The translations under genes and the position numbers were made by a program. The notes under the pieces are model-generated. The model saw only the letters and a program-made list of their open reading frames with translations. It made no database searches and had not been told where the DNA came from. From positions 1 to 60,579 of the IMG/VR virus record IMGVR_UViG_3300026269_000197: DNA of 60,579 nucleotides; one strand, written 5' to 3'. The DNA comes from a virus. Its lineage: Duplodnaviria; Caudoviricetes. Positions 17,801-27,644 of this stretch are shown one piece after another (positions within the stretch are counted from its first letter, which is position 1; each line of letters starts with the position of its first letter).

Positions 17801-20800
17801 ATAGTTATTCAGGACAAATAGATTACGAAAACATTCCAAATTATACTTCTGACACAACTGGTGCTGAATATAAGTTAAGTGATGTATTAGATTTCAGACC
17901 AAGAGTAGATGACGCTTCAACTATAGACTCTGGTTCACAAAATAGAAGTTATGACGGTACTGGTGCTTCAACGGTTGATGTTGTTAAATTTGGAACAAAT
18001 GTAACCACAGACCACGAATTTTATAAAGGAAGAATAGATAAATTATTCTTAACAAGAGAAGGTGAATTCCAAGTACTTAAAGGAGCTCCTGATGTTAAAC
18101 CACAGGCGCCAGATAAGATTGATAACGCAATGCACCTTTACACAATTTCTTTACCTGCGTATAACTTATCAACCGAAGATGTAGTTTTTGAAACGGTTGA
18201 CAATAGAAGATATACAATGAGAGATATTGGAGCTATTGAAAAGAAAATTGATAGAGTTGAATATTATACTCAATTATCTTTACTAGAAAGTGCTGCTCAA
18301 TCTTTACAAATACAAGACGCTGATGGTTTTGATAGATTTAAAAATGGAATTATTGTAGATAACTTTAAAGGTCACGGAATTGGTCAGGTTACAAGTGGTG
18401 ATTACAGATGTTCAGTAGATATGTCTAAAGGAGAATTAAGACCTCACTTTAACCAACAAGCTGTTGAGGTAGAAGAAATAGATAACGATGGAACGGTTTT
18501 AGTTGACGCTGATAGAACAGCAGCTAACTACATAAAGACTGGTGATTGTTTAACATTACCATATACAGAAACAGATTTAATTAATCAACCTTTTGCTTCT
18601 AAAGCAATTAATATTAACCCTTTCGCTATTTTCAGTTGGATGGGAACACTAGAATTAACTCCTTCAAGTGATGAATGGAGAGAAACACAAAGAACACCTG
18701 AATTAGTAGTTAACTCTACAACAGGTGCTTGGGATCAATTATTAAGACAAGGAAATGTACCTAATCAAAATCAAATAGCTATGGGTACGGTTTGGAACGA
18801 ATGGCAAACAAACTGGACTGGCGCACCAACGCAAGTTTCTTCAACAAGAGTAGGTGGTAGATGGAGAAATGGTAGAGCAATCCAACAACTAACTAATATT
18901 ACTTCTATCAATCAAGTTAACCAAAGTAGAACAGGAATTACAACAACTGCAATACCTCAAACGGTTAGAACAAGTATGGGAGATAGAGTAGTTGATGTTG
19001 CCTTTGTAGCATTTATTAGAAGTAGGGATGTTGCCTTTTCTGGTACAAGAATGAAACCAAATGCTAGAGTTTATCCTTTCTTTGATAATGTAGATATTAC
19101 TTCTTATGTAACCCCAACAGGTGGTTCACTTGGAGGAAATTTGGTTACAGACGCAAATGGTTCCGTATCAGGAACTTTTGCAATACCTGATCCAACTAAC
19201 AATTCTAATCCAAGATGGAGAACAGGTGATAGAACATTTAGATTAACTTCATCAAGTACTAACTCTATGGATGCCGCTGCTGTTGATACGGCCGCAAACG
19301 CTGAATATGTTGCAAGAGGATTATTGAATACGGTTAGAGATACAATTGTTTCAACTAGAGAATTTTCAAATGTGATGACAACGGTAACAGACCAACAAAC
19401 GGTTAATAGAACAAGTACAAGACAAGTAGTACAAACGGTTGGTTGGCACGACCCATTATCACAAACATTTTTAACAGATGAGAAAGGTGGTGTTTCTTTA
19501 ACATCAATAGATTTATATTTCTCAACTAAAGACGCAAACATTCCTGTAACCGTACAAATTAGAAATACGGTTAACGGTTATCCAGGAAGTAAAATACTTC
19601 CATTTGGAGAGGTTACTTTAAATCCAAGTCAAGTTAATACAAGTTCAGACGCTTCAGTAAAAACAACATTTACTTTCCCTAGTCCTGTTTATATACAAGA
19701 CCAAGTAGAGTATGCTTTTGTTGTAATGTCAAACTCAAACGATTATCAAACTTATGTTGCTAGATTAGGTGAAACTGCGATAGGTTCTAGTAGAACAATA
19801 TCAGAACAACCATACGCTGGCGTTATGTTTAAATCTCAAAACGGTTCAACTTGGACTTCTGAACCAAATGAAGATATTAAATTTACAATTAAAAGAGCTG
19901 AATATTCAAATGTAGTTGGAACGGTACATTTAGCTAATAAAGAATTACCTGCTTCAGCTTTAGAACAAAATCCAATTAGAACAACAAATAGTTCTGCTGT
20001 AATTAGAGTATTCCATAAAAATCATAACTTACACGATACGAATTCGTGTATAACTATTGCTGGAGTTCCAGCTGGTATTCATAATGGAATTAATGCAACA
20101 GATATTAATGGAACATATACTTCTATATCAAATATAACTTTAGATAGTTATGATATAACAACTAGTGGAACTGCAAACGCAACTGGAGATATTGGTGGCA
20201 CAGCGGTTACTGCTACACAAAATAGACAATTTGATGTATTGAATTTAGCTGGTCTACAAACATTAGCAGTACCAGGAACTTCAATTGTTCCTTATGTAAG
20301 AACAACAACATCTAAAGCAATTCACGGTTCACAAAGTCCGTATGCTTTAACAACCGAAGTTAATAAACAATCGGTTACTATGGCAGATGATATTTACTTT
20401 ACTCAACCACAGGCAGTTATGTCTCAACCAAATGAGACAACTCGTATGTCAGGTAAAAAATCTTTTTATGTTATAATAGAAATGTCAACTACAAATACAA
20501 AACTAACTCCTGTTATTGACTTAGCAAGAAATAGTGTATTCTGTATTTCAAACAGATTAAATAGTCCAACTTCAAGTAATACACCAGACTTTGTTCCTGA
20601 AACAGCTGCTAGTGATACTTCAGGTGCTTCAAAATATATTATTAAACCTGTTGTATTGGCAAACAACTCAACGGCGTTAGATATTAGATTGACACAATCA
20701 GTTAGAGCTAGTGCTGAAGTAGAAGTTTATTACAGAACAACGAGTGCTGATGAAGTTAGAAATATAAATGATATTAACTGGACAGCATTTAACGGAGATG

Positions 20801-20979
20801 GTAGTGCTGATAAAGCGGTTACTTCTTCTGAAGCTGATGATGACTTTAGAGAGTATCAATATTCTGTAAGTGGTGTAAATACCTTTACTGCATTCCAATT
20901 AAAAATAGTACTAAAAGGAACTAACTCTAGTTATCCTCCAATAGTACGAGATATGAGAGGAATTGCATTGGCAATATAA
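14875..20979 (+). CDS. large virion structural protein (VrlC-like / DUF4815-type)
   Basis: FNLSPYYDDF, LFRP..AVQARELTQ.QSILQNQIE, APGAHR, ARRTYDESGDY, YTMRDIG, RFKNG..VDNF; 2034 aa. Confidence 0.85.
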   Translation: MPSPTDFNLSPYYDDFSESKSFHRILFRPAFAVQARELTQSQSILQNQIEKFGDHIFKSGAQMIPGEITYDLQYYSVKLTSFTGTTTLSDFEGLTLVGQTSAVEAKVMASDIATSTDPNTLYIKYTKTGVGNTTKDFVAGESMVATHGTLGNLTAVCTSSHIGSAASVASGTYYINGFAVGVDQQTIVLDKYTNTPSYRIGLSIAESFVTPNNDASLVDNAQGSSNANAPGAHRFKISLTLAKLALTSIEDSNFIELLRLSDGALQNKVRSSEYGVLEDTFARRTYDESGDYTVRPFDLDVREHLISGDNRGIYTSANGGDATKLALGLSPGKAYVKGYEIDKVGTEFITIDKARTFGSENGFPTKFDVGNFVNVSNVYGSPDVNFITGKVEAYKALQLKLSSPSYTAGTITANNENLVLDIGRAKSKGFEYNASTSSAISGAGAVAPQTTEIFKHFLFDIEMFSHIGITTNTAFTTGEKLTGSTSGATGVVENVSTGTTATIASSTAANPVVITMTADLDIRNGDAIKITGVTTQTELNNNTYYVQQKIGGTAKRDFQLLDSTGTLVDGTAHTGAGTGGSAQTGKVVISNVQGEFSDGETITGGTSSNTAIVKTSVIGNRGFTSYGSSDIKEITMAGTPNYTAQTELSTAYGDNQQLSGSISVSGGGQDVVGFSTKFDTELKVGDSLQFADTGGTITTREVLEIKTSSSLTLASAIGGTAVSNSIAIRRRAKLQEADKNIAIFELPYSTIKTLKTETNSGIADTLFTVRKTFVGTLTSTGDITITANTGETFLSQSERDYSVTIMSKGGSSSAGNVGDKLSTTGNQHEGDAAFTLSGSPVGRTLTLDFGANHQGHEVKIIGTLSKSAQNEKTKTLTSNATTTITTQAACEANVIGLGKADIYSLASVHMAADFSTTPTTSDTDITSRFTLDNGQRDNYYDIGRLKRVDGSLNPTGQLLITFNYFTHGNGDFFSVDSYSGQIDYENIPNYTSDTTGAEYKLSDVLDFRPRVDDASTIDSGSQNRSYDGTGASTVDVVKFGTNVTTDHEFYKGRIDKLFLTREGEFQVLKGAPDVKPQAPDKIDNAMHLYTISLPAYNLSTEDVVFETVDNRRYTMRDIGAIEKKIDRVEYYTQLSLLESAAQSLQIQDADGFDRFKNGIIVDNFKGHGIGQVTSGDYRCSVDMSKGELRPHFNQQAVEVEEIDNDGTVLVDADRTAANYIKTGDCLTLPYTETDLINQPFASKAININPFAIFSWMGTLELTPSSDEWRETQRTPELVVNSTTGAWDQLLRQGNVPNQNQIAMGTVWNEWQTNWTGAPTQVSSTRVGGRWRNGRAIQQLTNITSINQVNQSRTGITTTAIPQTVRTSMGDRVVDVAFVAFIRSRDVAFSGTRMKPNARVYPFFDNVDITSYVTPTGGSLGGNLVTDANGSVSGTFAIPDPTNNSNPRWRTGDRTFRLTSSSTNSMDAAAVDTAANAEYVARGLLNTVRDTIVSTREFSNVMTTVTDQQTVNRTSTRQVVQTVGWHDPLSQTFLTDEKGGVSLTSIDLYFSTKDANIPVTVQIRNTVNGYPGSKILPFGEVTLNPSQVNTSSDASVKTTFTFPSPVYIQDQVEYAFVVMSNSNDYQTYVARLGETAIGSSRTISEQPYAGVMFKSQNGSTWTSEPNEDIKFTIKRAEYSNVVGTVHLANKELPASALEQNPIRTTNSSAVIRVFHKNHNLHDTNSCITIAGVPAGIHNGINATDINGTYTSISNITLDSYDITTSGTANATGDIGGTAVTATQNRQFDVLNLAGLQTLAVPGTSIVPYVRTTTSKAIHGSQSPYALTTEVNKQSVTMADDIYFTQPQAVMSQPNETTRMSGKKSFYVIIEMSTTNTKLTPVIDLARNSVFCISNRLNSPTSSNTPDFVPETAASDTSGASKYIIKPVVLANNSTALDIRLTQSVRASAEVEVYYRTTSADEVRNINDINWTAFNGDGSADKAVTSSEADDDFREYQYSVSGVNTFTAFQLKIVLKGTNSSYPPIVRDMRGIALAI

Positions 20980-20983
20980 TTTA

Positions 20984-21208
20984 ATGAGTTCTACAATGAT
21001 TAAAGTAATGAATTTTGACCATTTACAAAGAGATTTAAAATCTAATGCTATTGTAAATACTAGTTCAACTGAATATGAGATATATATTGCTAGAAAACAA
21101 CAAAGAGAATTAGATAAAAATAAAATGCAAGATATGTGTAGAGAAATAAATACTTTAAAGGCAGAATTAATAGAAATTAAAAGGATGATAAAATCAAATG
21201 GCAGTTAG
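20984..21208 (+). CDS. small coiled-coil hypothetical protein
   Basis: LQRDLKSNAIVNT...EINTLKAELIEIK. Typical of the ORF following VrlC-like genes; ATG at 20984. Confidence 0.7.
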   Translation: MSSTMIKVMNFDHLQRDLKSNAIVNTSSTEYEIYIARKQQRELDKNKMQDMCREINTLKAELIEIKRMIKSNGS

Positions 21209-22499
21209 ACAAGTCGCAACGACAGATAGTTTAGATAAATTAAGAACGGAATTTAACGCTCTTGCTTTATCTGATTTTGGAGACATTGCAACACTAGATA
21301 GTTCATTGTCAGCAACTACGGTTATAGGTGCTGTAAATGAAATTAACGCAATCGCAATTGCCGCTGCTGGTTTTACACTAACAGACGGTACAAACAATCA
21401 GGCGGTTGCTTCTGGTAACACATTGACCGTAAGTACTGGTACAGGTTTAGAAGCTATCGTATCATCACCAGATACATTAACAATTAACTTGGATACTAAT
21501 TTAACAGGTTTAACAACTATAGATGTTAATACTTCTGCTGATATTGGAAATATAACTATTTCAAATGGTTCAATTATATCTTCAAGTGGTACAATAGATT
21601 TCGGAAACGAACAATTAAATACAAGTGGTGGAATAACTGCTGGTGGAACGGTAGTAGGTGCTGGTGTAACCATTAATGGTGCTTCAATGAAATTTGAAGG
21701 TGCAACTGCTAACTCTTTTGAAACTACATTAAGAGTTGATGACCCAGGACAAGATAATACAATTACTTTACCAGATAGAAGTGGAACCGTAATCACAACA
21801 GGTGATACAGCTACGGTTACTCAAACAATGATAGCTAATGACGCTGTTAGTACAGACCAAGTTGCTGACACTTCAATAACGGTTGCTAAATTAAAAGATT
21901 TTCCAACTTCAACATTAACCGTAGATACTTTAATTGCAAATAATATTACAGGTACCGCTTCACAATCAAATGCTGTTGCTATTACTGCTGACAACACAGC
22001 AAACGCAACAAGATATATTACTTTTGCTGACGCAACTTCTGGTAACCAAGGATTAAAAACAGATACAGATTTATATTACAATCCTTCAACAAATACATTA
22101 ACAACAACTGCTACAAAAGCAAACTATGCTGACTTGGCAGAAAAATATTTAACTGATAAAGAATATCCAGTAGGTACCGTCTTATGTATAGGTGGTGTTG
22201 CTGAGGTAACTTCTTGTAAACAAAATCATTGTACAAAAGTTGTAGGTGTTGTATCAGAAAAACCTGCTTTCATAATGAATGGAAGTTTAGAAGGAATGTC
22301 TGTCGCTGTTGCATTAACAGGAAGAGTTCCTTGTAGAGTATGTGGACCTGTAAGAAAAGGCGATATGATTGTTAGTTGTGAAAAAGAAGGTTGTGGAAGA
22401 GCAGAAGCAGAACCTAGAACAGGTGCATTAATTGGAAAATCTTTAGTCAATGATGACTCAACAGGAGAAAGAATTGTTGAAATAGTTGTTGGTAAGTAG
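21198..22499 (+). CDS. tail fibre-like protein with C-terminal chaperone/peptidase-like domain
   Basis: Thr/Gly-rich shaft; C-terminal ADLAEKY...VGVVSEKPAFIMN...VALTGRVPCRV..GDMIV..IGKSL. Confidence 0.7.
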   Translation: MAVRQVATTDSLDKLRTEFNALALSDFGDIATLDSSLSATTVIGAVNEINAIAIAAAGFTLTDGTNNQAVASGNTLTVSTGTGLEAIVSSPDTLTINLDTNLTGLTTIDVNTSADIGNITISNGSIISSSGTIDFGNEQLNTSGGITAGGTVVGAGVTINGASMKFEGATANSFETTLRVDDPGQDNTITLPDRSGTVITTGDTATVTQTMIANDAVSTDQVADTSITVAKLKDFPTSTLTVDTLIANNITGTASQSNAVAITADNTANATRYITFADATSGNQGLKTDTDLYYNPSTNTLTTTATKANYADLAEKYLTDKEYPVGTVLCIGGVAEVTSCKQNHCTKVVGVVSEKPAFIMNGSLEGMSVAVALTGRVPCRVCGPVRKGDMIVSCEKEGCGRAEAEPRTGALIGKSLVNDDSTGERIVEIVVGK

Positions 22500-22508
22500 G
22501 AGTATATA

Positions 22509-22988
22509 ATGGACGAACAAACTCAATTGTGGATTAAACGATTAAAAGACGAAATCCAAAATCATAACAGATACGAAGCAAGACAACTATTTTACATAGA
22601 TGATAATGGACTTGACCGAGAGGTTAAAGAACATATGACTTATGGAGAATGGTTAAGAGAATTTAATAGATTTAAAGTTATTAAGGTGGAAGGTTTAGAA
22701 GATGTCTCTTGGTTAAGAGAAGTTTTAGATGAAGTAGTAAAGAATATCACAGGTAAGACTAGACAAGATATTCATTTATTTGTGAATCAAAAACCAGGTG
22801 TTAGTTTCAAATCTCATAAAGACGACAAAGATGTTTACTTATATGTTGTAAAAGGCAAAAAGAAAGTAAATATGAATAATGAGGTTAAACCGATATATGA
22901 TGATGAAGGAATTATCATTAAACAAGGTGTTGAACACTTTGTTGAAAGTGAAGCTGATACTTGGGGGTTAAGTATTGGAGTTATATAA
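22509..22988 (+). CDS. cupin/JmjC-like oxygenase
   Basis: SFKSHKDDKDVYLYVVKGKK and GVEHFV: H-x-D...H metal triad. Confidence 0.75.
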   Translation: MDEQTQLWIKRLKDEIQNHNRYEARQLFYIDDNGLDREVKEHMTYGEWLREFNRFKVIKVEGLEDVSWLREVLDEVVKNITGKTRQDIHLFVNQKPGVSFKSHKDDKDVYLYVVKGKKKVNMNNEVKPIYDDEGIIIKQGVEHFVESEADTWGLSIGVI

Positions 22989-22990
22989 TA

Positions 22991-24025
22991 ATGAATTGGA
23001 TGTTTTATGTCAAAACAACCGAAACCTGTAATCTAAATTGTAAACATTGTTTTACTTCAGGTACATCTGGACCTAAAGTATATTGGGACACAACAAAGAT
23101 TATTAAATGGTTCAAAGCATTTCGCAAATTTAACTATCACAAAAACGACACAGCACATTTAGAATTTCACGGTGGTGAACCATTTTTGGTTCCTGTATCT
23201 GAAATGGATTATGTGTATGACGCAACTAAAGGATTGTGGGACAATCAATCTTATGGTGTAACCACTAATCTTTGTTTCAAATTAAAACAAGAACACATAG
23301 ATTTTATGAAAGGTCCTCTTGGTGGCAGATGTGGAACATCTTGGGATCCGAAGATTCGTTTTGAGAATGAAAAACAATTAAACTTATGGAGACGAAATGT
23401 TGCTACTTTAGTTGATGAAGGTATAACGGTTAAACTTTTTATATCAGTAACCAAAGATACAATAGCAATTGAGCCAATTGAATTATTGAAATGGGTAAAG
23501 GATTTAGGTGTTAAAGAAATGGCACTTGAAAGATTGACAGGTAATGGTAATGCAAACTTACATCCAGAAATATTCCCACGAAACATAGACCAAGATAAAT
23601 GGTTTTTAAAAATGCACGAGCAGATGATACAATACAATGCTAGAAAGTGGTTTGAAAATGAATTTTTTGAAACTATTTACTCAAAATTTACTGCTGGAGA
23701 CAATACGCAAGGAACTTTCTGTAGAGATTGTGAACAAAAACTATTTACACTAAACGCAACTGGCACAATAGGTGGTTGCCCTAATGCTGCTCCTGAATTT
23801 ACTTTTGGAACGCTAGATGACCCTTTGGATGGTCTTATAAATAGTCCTAAGCGATTACACAATATAGCGTGTGAAGTGGCAAGAAACCCATTGTGTTGGG
23901 AATGTCCAGTTTTCAAGTATTGTGGTGGAGATTGTCACCAATTAGGATGGCAAGGTGATATATGTGGCGCTCCGAAATCACTTATGAAACATTTGGCGCA
24001 AAATAGAAGTGAGGCAATATGGTAA
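22991..24025 (+). CDS. radical SAM protein with SPASM-like domain (rSAM-1)
   Basis: CNLNCKHC, FHGGEP, C-terminal CRDC...GCP...CWECPVFKYCGGDC...C. ATG at 22991. Confidence 0.93.
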   Translation: MNWMFYVKTTETCNLNCKHCFTSGTSGPKVYWDTTKIIKWFKAFRKFNYHKNDTAHLEFHGGEPFLVPVSEMDYVYDATKGLWDNQSYGVTTNLCFKLKQEHIDFMKGPLGGRCGTSWDPKIRFENEKQLNLWRRNVATLVDEGITVKLFISVTKDTIAIEPIELLKWVKDLGVKEMALERLTGNGNANLHPEIFPRNIDQDKWFLKMHEQMIQYNARKWFENEFFETIYSKFTAGDNTQGTFCRDCEQKLFTLNATGTIGGCPNAAPEFTFGTLDDPLDGLINSPKRLHNIACEVARNPLCWECPVFKYCGGDCHQLGWQGDICGAPKSLMKHLAQNRSEAIW

Positions 24026-24792
24026 CATTAACAAGTCCGATAACGGCACAGAACATTGTAGATAGATTTAAAGAATTGGTAACAGATGTAGCTGATACTC
24101 AAATAGTATGGGGTACAGATAGTTTACCAGGACACTCAGCGTTTGCTGCTTCAGATTTTGGTGGAGTAGTAGATGGTATGTCTTTAGTATTAACTAGTGC
24201 TAGTGGAACTTTTACAGCAAGCGAAACGGTTACAGGTTCTATTTCAGGTACGGTAGGTACGGTTGTAGATTATTCTAGTAATACATTAAAAGTTAGAAAT
24301 ATAGTAGCAGGTTCTGGACAAACAAATTTTTTACAAAATGATGTTTTAACTGGTTCTAATTCTGGTGCAAGTGGAACTATTTCAACAATGACAGAAGTAT
24401 CAGCAGTTAGTCTTGGTATATCAGGAACTAATATTGGTACGGTGGGAAGTAATATTAACGCTTTCAACATATACAATACATTAAAAACAGAAATGTTGCT
24501 TTACACTAATATTAAAAATACAAATGCTGTGGTTACAATGACAGGTGCTGGTCAACAATATTCAGATACACAAATTGCACACTTACCAACAGGACAAAGA
24601 ACAAATCCCACAATTTCTCAACCAGGTACATTAACGCAAGGACAAGTTGTTAGTTCAACAAGTATAGAGAGCTTTATGTCATCACTTGCAAGTACATATA
24701 ATACTGAAAGAGGAACAACTTATACATTGACAAAAACTATTTGCCATTCAAGTTGCCACTCTAGTTGCCACGGAAGTAGGAGCAGAAGATAA
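24019..24792 (+). CDS. putative virion protein and rSAM substrate with C-terminal (CHxS)3 tail
   Basis: Thr/Ser/Gly-rich body with baseplate-type repeats (FTASETVTGSISG, FLQNDVLTGSNSGASG); ends ICHSSCHSSCHGSRSRR. The function is inferred. Confidence 0.7.
   Translation: MVTLTSPITAQNIVDRFKELVTDVADTQIVWGTDSLPGHSAFAASDFGGVVDGMSLVLTSASGTFTASETVTGSISGTVGTVVDYSSNTLKVRNIVAGSGQTNFLQNDVLTGSNSGASGTISTMTEVSAVSLGISGTNIGTVGSNINAFNIYNTLKTEMLLYTNIKNTNAVVTMTGAGQQYSDTQIAHLPTGQRTNPTISQPGTLTQGQVVSSTSIESFMSSLASTYNTERGTTYTLTKTICHSSCHSSCHGSRSRR
24742..24777 (+). repeat. 3 x 12-bp coding repeat encoding CHSS-CHSS-CHGS
   Basis: TGCCATTCAAGT TGCCACTCTAGT TGCCACGGAAGT. Synonymous divergence between units implies selection at the protein level. 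Confidence 0.9.
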
Positions 24793-25484
24793 TGATTGAA
24801 ACTATAGTACCAATTGATTTAAAGAATTTAAAAAAATATTTTGAAGATAAATCTGAAAGTTATATGATAGATTATGAAAAGAGTAAATTAAAAGGTGCTC
24901 AATTCTTAACTTATATAAGCAATTTAGATATACCTTGCGATATATTAAACTATGATGATGAATTACTATTATCATATTTTGAAACACAAATGTTAGTAAG
25001 TATACCGATGTTAGAAAGAGTTGCTATGCAAGTTCTTTTTGAACATAAAGGTTTAGAGAAAAATGTACTTCACGGTGCTTTTATTTCTCAAAATTTAGAG
25101 ATAATAGAAGAATGGGCAAACAAATTAGAAAGTCTGCCTTTATACAATATGTCTATTGTAGGAGAAGGTGCTTTTAAAGATTTTGTTGAGACTTATCCTA
25201 AAGATGAGACTAATGATGTAAAAGGTATTAATTTTGTTAGTCTATTGAAACATACAGATTTTTATTCTTATTATAATAAAACTAACGAAAAGAATGTTAA
25301 GTATTATACTAAATACTTTACAGAATATATGTTTAAAGGCAAAAGTCTATTTGATTATTGGGGTGTAAAAGAAAACCCTATGTTTTTAATGACTTGGGCA
25401 GTTGCTGAAGGAAAGTTTGATACTAAAAAATATAACGAAGCTAAAAAAGCTGATATAGGAAGATTAAATGCTACACCTGTTTAA
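24792..25484 (+). CDS. hypothetical protein in the rSAM cluster
   Basis: Translationally coupled (TAATG) to 24019..24792; no motif recognised. Confidence 0.75.
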   Translation: MIETIVPIDLKNLKKYFEDKSESYMIDYEKSKLKGAQFLTYISNLDIPCDILNYDDELLLSYFETQMLVSIPMLERVAMQVLFEHKGLEKNVLHGAFISQNLEIIEEWANKLESLPLYNMSIVGEGAFKDFVETYPKDETNDVKGINFVSLLKHTDFYSYYNKTNEKNVKYYTKYFTEYMFKGKSLFDYWGVKENPMFLMTWAVAEGKFDTKKYNEAKKADIGRLNATPV

Positions 25485-26583
25485 TAAAGTTTATTTACAA
25501 TTTGATGACTCAATAGATTGTCATACAAATAGATATGTTATTTCCGAAGAAAAAGGAAATCCAATGCTATCAGAATTAGGTAGTGCTTATAGAGGCACAC
25601 TAATTAACTATGCTAAAAATAGAAATGAAATGCAAGGTAAGTTTGACGACTTAACTGGTTTCTTTGAAGATGTATGTACTAAACAAAAATCATTAAATAG
25701 TAAAGTTGTTATATATTGCGACACACAAGCATTTTTAGAATTATCTGTTATCTGGTTAAAAACTATCTTACCTTTTGGTGATAGTGATAGTATTGTTAAA
25801 TACCTAGACATACATTTACACAACGAAAGAATTATTACAAATACACAATGTCAACCAACACATATTTTAGACTTAACTAAACTGAATGCAGGTTTAGGAG
25901 ATGTTAAAGGATATGCTGATGTTTTACCTACTTTAGAATTAGATAGAATTAAAGCGCTTAATTTAAATTTCTCAATTGAATTATTGCTTGGAGAGTATTT
26001 TGCTGGTGCTGATACACACGAAGACAATTTACTTTCCTCTTATCATATGTTCTTAAAAAGATTTTATAAAGAGATATTAACAGATGTTAGAGAAGATACA
26101 TTATTAAATCTTTTAAATAAATCGCAACAAACTGCTGTAGGTTATTCTGATAGTGATGTTGTAATAAATGCTGATAACCCTTTTGAAGGAATTACAGAAT
26201 TGGCTGCCTTTGCTGATACGGATGTCTTTACGGCGAAACCTGTTGCAAATGCTGGATATGTGAATACAATAACTATAGATAATTTGTCAAGTGAAAAACA
26301 AACTGCATTAAAAACTATAATTAACACAATACAAACACTACAAAATATTCCAAATCCAGATTACTCAATGGCAAATTTTGATAAAGCGTGTCAGACATCT
26401 TTATCTAAAAGTGATTTTGATACAATAATTAATGAAGCGGTGGCGAATAGTCCATCTTTGGCGTATATTCCAAGATTTGATATTGGTAATGTTAATTACT
26501 CTTTTATTCAATATCTACTTTCTTTAAAGAAAGATAACGATTCAAGTACGCTAGGGAAATACAGACTATTCGCAAACTCGTAG
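25468..26583 (+). CDS. hypothetical protein in the rSAM cluster
   Basis: 371-aa ORF overlapping its upstream neighbour; no motif recognised. Confidence 0.75.
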   Translation: MLHLFNKVYLQFDDSIDCHTNRYVISEEKGNPMLSELGSAYRGTLINYAKNRNEMQGKFDDLTGFFEDVCTKQKSLNSKVVIYCDTQAFLELSVIWLKTILPFGDSDSIVKYLDIHLHNERIITNTQCQPTHILDLTKLNAGLGDVKGYADVLPTLELDRIKALNLNFSIELLLGEYFAGADTHEDNLLSSYHMFLKRFYKEILTDVREDTLLNLLNKSQQTAVGYSDSDVVINADNPFEGITELAAFADTDVFTAKPVANAGYVNTITIDNLSSEKQTALKTIINTIQTLQNIPNPDYSMANFDKACQTSLSKSDFDTIINEAVANSPSLAYIPRFDIGNVNYSFIQYLLSLKKDNDSSTLGKYRLFANS

Positions 26584-26591
26584 GAGTTTAA

Positions 26592-27644
26592 ATGCGTGAG
26601 TTTTTAATAGACCCCAAAAGAGACCCCGAGCAGGAGTACACAATTCATTTATTTGAATTTTGTAATTTAAGATGTGCTTTCTGTTGGCAAAACCACGAAG
26701 ACACGGTTGGAATAGATACCGTAATCAATAAATTAATTCCCGTAGAAAAATTTATCAAACACGAATTGATGATGAGTGTTGTATTTAATATTATGGGTGG
26801 CGAAGTCTTTGCACCTGCCATCTACAATAAAGAATTAAATCACGCTTATAAAACTTTATCAAAAGGCATACAAAAGATATGTGAACGATATGATAAGAAA
26901 GTTAGAATTAATTGGGTTACTAATTTGATTATGAGTGATGAAGGTAATGAGTTATTAAGAGATTTATTAAGTTGGTCTGAACACGAAGGTATTGAAGCAA
27001 CAATTACTACAAGTTATGATCCTAGAGGAAGATTTAGTAAAACAGATTTAGAACGATTTAAACAACAAGTAATCTATTGGGGAAAAGAAATAAAATCTTT
27101 TTCAATGTTAATAACTAAACCAATGATAAAGTATCATTTAGAACAAGGTGACCCATACTTTAAACACTTATATGACCAAGGTTATGAAATTTATTTTGAT
27201 TACTATACACCAGACCAACACGCAAAATTTTTTATGCCAAGTGATACAGAATTATTAAAGTTCTTTAAGTATATAATAGATAACTATCCAAATTGTTCTC
27301 CTGTAAGAGAATGGATATTTAAGAAAAGAAATTATGCTAGTTGTAGAACAAGTAAATTGATATTACAAGATAATACATTATGTCAATGTGGTAATCTTGT
27401 ACAGGACCCAAAAGATTTAGTAATGTATAGTTCTCCTATAAAGAAAAAAGACAACTCAATTATTGAAAATAAATTTTTAGAAAAATATAATTGTGCTAGT
27501 TGTGAATTTTTAGATAGATGTACTTTAGGTTGCTTTATGAACCACGATTATAAATGGAGGGAAGAATTGGATGAATGTGTTTACAAACTTACGCACAGAT
27601 ATATTGAAAATGTACGAGTACAAAGAAACTTTATCGCAACCTGA
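26592..27644 (+). CDS. radical SAM protein with SPASM-like domain (rSAM-2)
   Basis: CNLRCAFC, MGGE, C-terminal C...CQC...CASCEFLDRCTLGC...C. Confidence 0.92.
   Translation: MREFLIDPKRDPEQEYTIHLFEFCNLRCAFCWQNHEDTVGIDTVINKLIPVEKFIKHELMMSVVFNIMGGEVFAPAIYNKELNHAYKTLSKGIQKICERYDKKVRINWVTNLIMSDEGNELLRDLLSWSEHEGIEATITTSYDPRGRFSKTDLERFKQQVIYWGKEIKSFSMLITKPMIKYHLEQGDPYFKHLYDQGYEIYFDYYTPDQHAKFFMPSDTELLKFFKYIIDNYPNCSPVREWIFKKRNYASCRTSKLILQDNTLCQCGNLVQDPKDLVMYSSPIKKKDNSIIENKFLEKYNCASCEFLDRCTLGCFMNHDYKWREELDECVYKLTHRYIENVRVQRNFIAT

Noticed and set aside
24742-24792. Canonical multiheme cytochrome c motif
   Set aside because: The spacing is CxxxCH with shared cysteines, not CxxCH, and there is no signal peptide. 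Kept only as a minor alternative.
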